From Dendrobates tinctorius (taxonomy: Eukaryota), in assembly GCF_039654945.1 (NCBI RefSeq), contig NW_027361869.1, positions 8,060,001 through 8,124,000 of the forward strand: DNA of 64,000 nucleotides. The letters are read 5' to 3'. Shown piece after piece: positions 56,901 to 64,000 of this stretch; positions within the stretch are counted from its first letter, which is position 1; each line of letters starts with the position of its first letter. The position numbers and the translations under genes are program-made. Below the pieces are notes generated by a model. It was given only the letters and a program-made list of their open reading frames with translations, was not told the origin of the DNA and did no database searches.

Positions 56901-59900
56901 AGGGACGAGGAGGTGGCACTGATCATACAGCTCTGTGGAGACAAGGTGGTGGCACTGATAATACACCTCTGCGGCGACAACGTGGTGGTACTGATCATAC
57001 AGCTCTGCAGAGAGGAGGTGGTGACACTGATCATACAGCTCTGAAGGGAATAGGTGGTGGCACTGATGATACAGCTCTGTAGGGATGAGGTGGTTGCACT
57101 GATCATACAGCTCTATGGGGAGGAGGCGGTGGCACTGATCATAAGGCTCTGTAGGGACAAGGTTGTGTCACTGATCTTACAGCTCTGCAGGGAGTAGGTG
57201 GTGGCATTGATCATTCAGCTCTGTAGGGAAGAGGTGGTGACACTGATCATAAAGCTCTGCAGGGATGAGGTAGTGGCACAGATCACACAGTGCTGCAAGG
57301 ACCAGGTGGTGGCACTGATCATACAGCTCTGCAGGGACGAGGAGGTGGCACTGATCATACAGCTCTGCAGGGACAAGGTGGTGGTACTGATCATACAGCT
57401 CTGCAGAGAGGAGGTGGTGGCACTGATCATACAGCTCTGAAGGGAATATGTGGTGGCACTGATCATAAAGTTCTGCAGTGACGAGGTGGTGGCACTAATC
57501 ATACTGCTTTGCAGGGAGGAGGTGGTGGCACTGATCATACAGCTCAGCAGGGAGGACGTGGTGGCACTGATTATACAGCTCAGCAGGGACAAGGTGGTGG
57601 CACTGATCATACAGCTTTGCGGGGATAATGTGGTTGCACTGATTATACATCTCTTTAGGGATAAGTTGGAGGCACTGATCATGCAGTTCTGCAGGGATGA
57701 GATAGTGGCTCAGATCATACAGCTCTGCAGGGACGAGGAGGTGGCACTGATCATACACCTCTGCGGCCACAAGGTGGTGGTACTAATCATACAGCTCTGC
57801 AGTGACGAGGTCGTGGCACTGATTATGCAGTTCTGCAGGGATGATGTAGTGGCACCGATCATACAGCTCTGCAGGGATGATTCAGTAGAACAGATCATAC
57901 AGCCCTGTAGGGATGAGGTGATGGCACTGATCATACAGCTCTGCAGGGAAAAGTTGGTGACACTGATCATACAGCTCTGCTCGCACAAAGTGGTGGCACT
58001 TATGATACAGCTTTGTGGGGACAAGGTGGTGGCACTGATCATGCAGTTCTGCAGGGATGAGGTAGTGACACCGATCATACAGCTCTGCAGGTATGATTCA
58101 GTAGCACAGATCATACAGCCTGCAGGGATGAGGTGGTGGCACTGATCATACACCTCTGCGGCGACAAGGTGGTGTTACTGATCATACAGCTCTGCAAGGA
58201 CCAGGTGGTGGCACTAATCATACAGCTCTGCAGAGACAAGGTGGTGGCACTGATTATACAGCTCTGCAGGGAGGAGGTTGTCGCACTGAACATACTGGTT
58301 TGCAGGGATGTGGTGGTGGCACAGATCATACAGCTCTGCAGAGAGGAGGTGGTGGCACTGATTATACAGATTTGCAGGGAGGAGATGGTGGCACTGATCA
58401 TACAGCTCTGCAGGGAGTAGGTGGTGGCACTGATAATAGAGCTCTCCCGGGATAATTTGATGGCACTGATCATACAGCTCTGCTCGGACAAAGTGGTGGC
58501 ACTTATGATACAGCTTTGTGGGGACAAGATGTTGGCACTGATCATACAGCTCTGCAGTGATGAGGTTGTGGCACTGATCATGCAGTTCTGCAGGGATGAG
58601 GTAGTGGCACCGATCATACAGCTCTGCAGGGATGTTTCAGTAGCACAGATCATACAGCCCTGCAGGGATGAGGTGGTGGCACTGATCATACAGCTCTTCA
58701 GGGAAAAGTTGGTGACGCTGATCATACACCTCTGCGGCGACAAGGTGGTGGCACTGATTATACAGTTCTGCGGCGACAAGGTGGTGGCACTGATCACACA
58801 GGTCTGCAGGGAAAAGGTGGTGTTATTGAACATACAGCTCAGCGCGGACAAGGTGGTGGCACTGATCAGACAGCTCTACAGGGAGGAGGTTGTGGCACTA
58901 AACATACTGGTTTGCAGGGATGAGGTTGTGGCACTGATCATACAGCTCTGCAGGGAGGAGGTGGTGGCACTGATCATACAGCTCTGCAGGGAATAGGTGG
59001 TGGCACTGATCGTACAGCTCTGCTGGGACAAGATGGTGGTACTGATCATAAAGCTCTGCAGGGATGATGTAGTGGCACTGATCATACAGGTCTGCAGAGA
59101 CGAGGTGGTGGCACTGATCATACAACTTTTCGTGGACAAGGTGGTGGCACTGATCAGACAGCTTTGCGTGTACAAGGTGGTGGCACTAATCAGGTAGCCC
59201 TGAGGGGATGACGTGGTGGCACTGATCAAAAAGCTCTGCAGGGATTAGGTGGTGGCACTGATCATACAGCTCTGCAAGGAGTAGGTGGTGGCACTGATCA
59301 TACAGCTTGCGTTGACAATGTGGTGGCACTGATTATACAGTTCTGCGGCGAAAAGGTGGTGGCACTGATCATACAGCTCTGCATGTAAAGGTGGTGGCAC
59401 TGAACATACAGCTCTGCAGGGAAAAGGTGGTGGCACTGAACATACAGGTCAGCAGGGACGAGGTGGTGGCACTCATTATAGAACTCTGCAGGGGTGAAGT
59501 GGTGGCACTGATCATACAGGCCAAAAATGGGGGACGGGGTATGGAGTATGGCATGCGGATGGAGAGCACATTGATGCTGGAACCAGCGCGTCGCCTATCG
59601 CGCTCCCCCATCAGTACATAGGTTTTCATCTGTGCTTTTTTTTTTTTTAGTAATTACAGAAAAGCAGGAGGATTTGTGGTTTATTGGCTTAATTAATTTT
59701 CTTCTGTTACATAATATTTGTTCAGTGAACCTGCGGATAATTACACTACACTAATGTGGGGTTAACCCTCTGTGTAGCTCTAGGACTTTTCACCAATGAT
59801 GGCAATTAGCTCGATCTGCACGTGCCGCAATCTCCTCAGTCACTTACAGTATTATCGGGACTCCCAGCTGTTTCTGCACTGATTACAGGGGGCTATAAGC

Positions 59901-60569
59901 AGCAGATGTTCTCGAGGAGCCCGATGTGAGATGAAGGTGGCGCATCTATGAACACTGGTAAATAAGAGGGGATCAGCAGGAACAAGGCAAGTAAGAGGTT
60001 AAACAGAGGAGGAAAGGCGTCTATGTACATCGCTGAAGGCTGAGGGCGGCGCTTAACCGAGGATTCCCGCTCATTGTCTGATCGCAGGATCCGTTTGGGG
60101 ATTTGAACTTCCCGCTCTTCTTCCGCCGAGGATTATTAGCTGACATCACAATCCGGTCACACAGAGAACCGCGCAGAGTCCGGCCCTCCAGAGCCGCCAT
60201 CACGGGATCGCCCTCCGGGAGGAGCAGCAGTCACTGATGTGGACAATCACCGGCCGCCATCCCCCGATACTCCGGGACGTGATAACCGCATGTAATCTCC
60301 ACAGCGGAGTCAGGGGCCCGAGTATCAAGACATTCACTAATGAGGGACATTTCCTGTGACTATTCGAGGACTCCTCTCCCCACACAGGTCTGAGGCTTCA
60401 TGTGATAACCCAGACATGGGCATCCTCAGTGTTTTGTGTTGAACCCCGGAATCAAGTGTGTATGGGCACCAACCTATAAACTGGTGGCGGCAGCCCGTGG
60501 TGTCTAACGTCAGTCCCATGTGAGCACGCAGAGATCAGCGGTGTCAGCTCTTGTGGCGACGGTGTGGGT

Positions 60570-60585
60570 GGCTCTTAGAAGAGCC
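60570..60585 (-). terminator. H2A stem-loop, unit 2
   Basis: Reverse complement GGCTCTTCTAAGAGCC. Confidence 0.92.
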
Positions 60586-60618
60586 TTTGGTGTTGTGGAC
60601 AGAGATCGGCGGCAGCGC

Positions 60619-61706
<1,088 letters not shown>

Positions 61707-61740
61707 TCTGCTCAGTCTGCTGCTCCGCCATCACCCCAAA

Positions 61741-61756
61741 GGCTCTTCTAAGAGCC
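61741..61756 (+). terminator. H2B stem-loop, unit 2 (intact)
   Basis: CCAAA GGCTCTTCTAAGAGCC ACCAC, then HDE CAGAGCTGT. Confidence 0.95.
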
Positions 61757-63620
61757 ACCACCCCATCTCCATCAGAGCTGTGGCTGCTCCTGTGTCCTTT
61801 CCCGTCTCCCCGAGTTGTCTGCTCCACCGCCTGGGTCTCTGCGTCTAGTGACGGGAAGTGACAGGTGAAGGAAGTAGGGATGATGAATGCTACCAAGGAG
61901 ATTGTGAGAACCGAGGACCTTCTAAATAATAACCTGGTCACTTCTCCATAAGTTGCTCTGTGTTCAGGGACTACTCTTTAACCCCTTGCTCCACAGATCT
62001 TGATATTCTGGGGTCTCATTCATTTGGTATAACATGATTCGGTTTAGTTCATGATACACCATGATGACTAATAACACTTTCTAAGCCGGGATGCTTTGAG
62101 ACTGAATTTTCTCCCCCATGCAGCACCAGACAGTGAGCTGACGATTTTCCTCTCTGCACTTAGTTCATGATTCTCGTGTTTTTCCTCAAATAACAGGAGA
62201 CATTTGTAGTCGGTGCAGTTTTATCTAGAGATTATGCTGGAGTCTTCACTGTAAAGGGAAGCGGTGACGACATTTTAGAAGCAGCGGGAAATTCAAACCC
62301 CCTAACCGTCCTGTGTTCAGCCAATCCGCAGAGGGAGGGGAGGAGCTAATGTTCCCAATGGTTGACACGTTTGCAGTTCCCGCTTTTTCTGTTCTTTGTC
62401 TCCATATAACGCGCGGTCCCAGGACGGAGCGATGTCGGGGAATCTGCAGGTGTTGAGAGGTCGCTGGTCGCTTACATCCCATACAGGAGTCTGCAGCTGT
62501 TCCTGGTTAGAGAATGAATCCGCGTTAGGCAGATGCTGTGATGCCCCGTGTGTCTGACCTGCAGGCGATCACATCTCCCTTTCTCGTCATAATCAGTATT
62601 GTGGAGACAATATATTGGCTAGAGATGTATCCTACAAGAGACATTTCAGGGGAGACCAATTCTGCTCTTCCAAGCAGATCCCACCTGCAGCTCCAGGCAG
62701 GAGGTCTGTGATGGGAAATGTGCGATCATGTAGAGAAGATTGCCGAGAGCTCAGTGCACAATACATTACACTGTGATGTGAGGATCCTCTAGGTCAGACA
62801 TGTCATGACATCATCTCCCATCACATCCTCCTCACAGATGTTTTTTAAATAATTACTGCAGGATATGGGGCGATATTGGCGGCTGGGATCAGTCAGGATC
62901 ACTGCTGAGCTCTGATTTTCAGCCTTTTCTGTCATTGTTAATAATTGTTTTTCCTAATTAATTGTAGCTGACAGCAGGTCCCTACTCTGCAGCAATGTGA
63001 GCTATGATGTGGTGGAAAAAAGAATCATTGCCAGGGGAAGAAGAAAACACAAATATAAGGACAATAGTGTCATAATTGCCCGAAGTAATGATGACTCCTA
63101 TCATAGCACAAATGTCCCTAATGCGGGAATATAAGACCTGAATAAAGGCAGAGAGGGCTTAGCCCTGGGGTTAATATAAATGTAATATTCTCTATGAAAA
63201 CCGGAGATCCTGTGATTACTGAGGACTGAGCCTTATATCAGGCAGTGTATCTACCGGTGTGAGATCCCCTGGGCGGCTGCCTGTAATATCTGTGGTTACA
63301 GTCTGTTCTGTCCTCCTGACATATAATGGGGCCGTGTCTGCTCCCCTCTATTTGTGCTGCCCATTTATCTATAGGCTGAATCTGGAATAATTCTCATCAC
63401 AGGGGAAGAAGTGACATTATATTACAAGCTGGAAAGAAAAGGGAAACTGAACAATGAGCGGGAAATTCAAACTCTCCAACAGTTCTGTGCTCAGCCAAAC
63501 AGCAGAGGAAGGGAGGAGCTCATGTGGATTCTGTAAGCCCCGCCCTGGGGCGCGTCATCTCTGCAGTTCTCTCTCTGGTCCGTCTCTCCTGTATATAAAG
63601 GAGGGGTCGTTCGGTTTTAG

Positions 63621-63959
<339 letters not shown>

Positions 63960-64000
63960 TTGTATTCTTTTCTGTGCTGATAACCCAAAGGCTCTTTTCA

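Overview
Vertebrate, most likely anuran (frog), replication-dependent histone locus; the taxon is inferred from the H1/H2A tails and the TE content. One complete histone quintet, H2A(-) H2B(+) H4(+) H3(-) H1(-), lies at 4.7-13.3 kb. A near-identical next unit (H2A, H2B, H4) starts about 55.87 kb downstream. The spacer between units is about 45 kb of a same-orientation 36-bp satellite (roughly 900 monomers by estimate). It is interrupted by a Tf1/sushi-type Gypsy element and its solo LTR, an L2 LINE, repeated L2-RT and H3 3' fragments, and three AT-rich inserts with a hammerhead-like core; a CR1 LINE occupies the window start. Main observation: the satellite monomer is the H1 3'-processing signal itself (3' arm of the stem-loop, ACCAC cleavage site and U7-binding HDE). 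A homogeneous 13-mer array is fused in register to the H1 stem-loop. Every array is oriented so that H1 or H2A read-through would produce RNA carrying many U7 snRNP sites and no stem-loop. The many satellite ORFs are artefacts of a 12-codon period.
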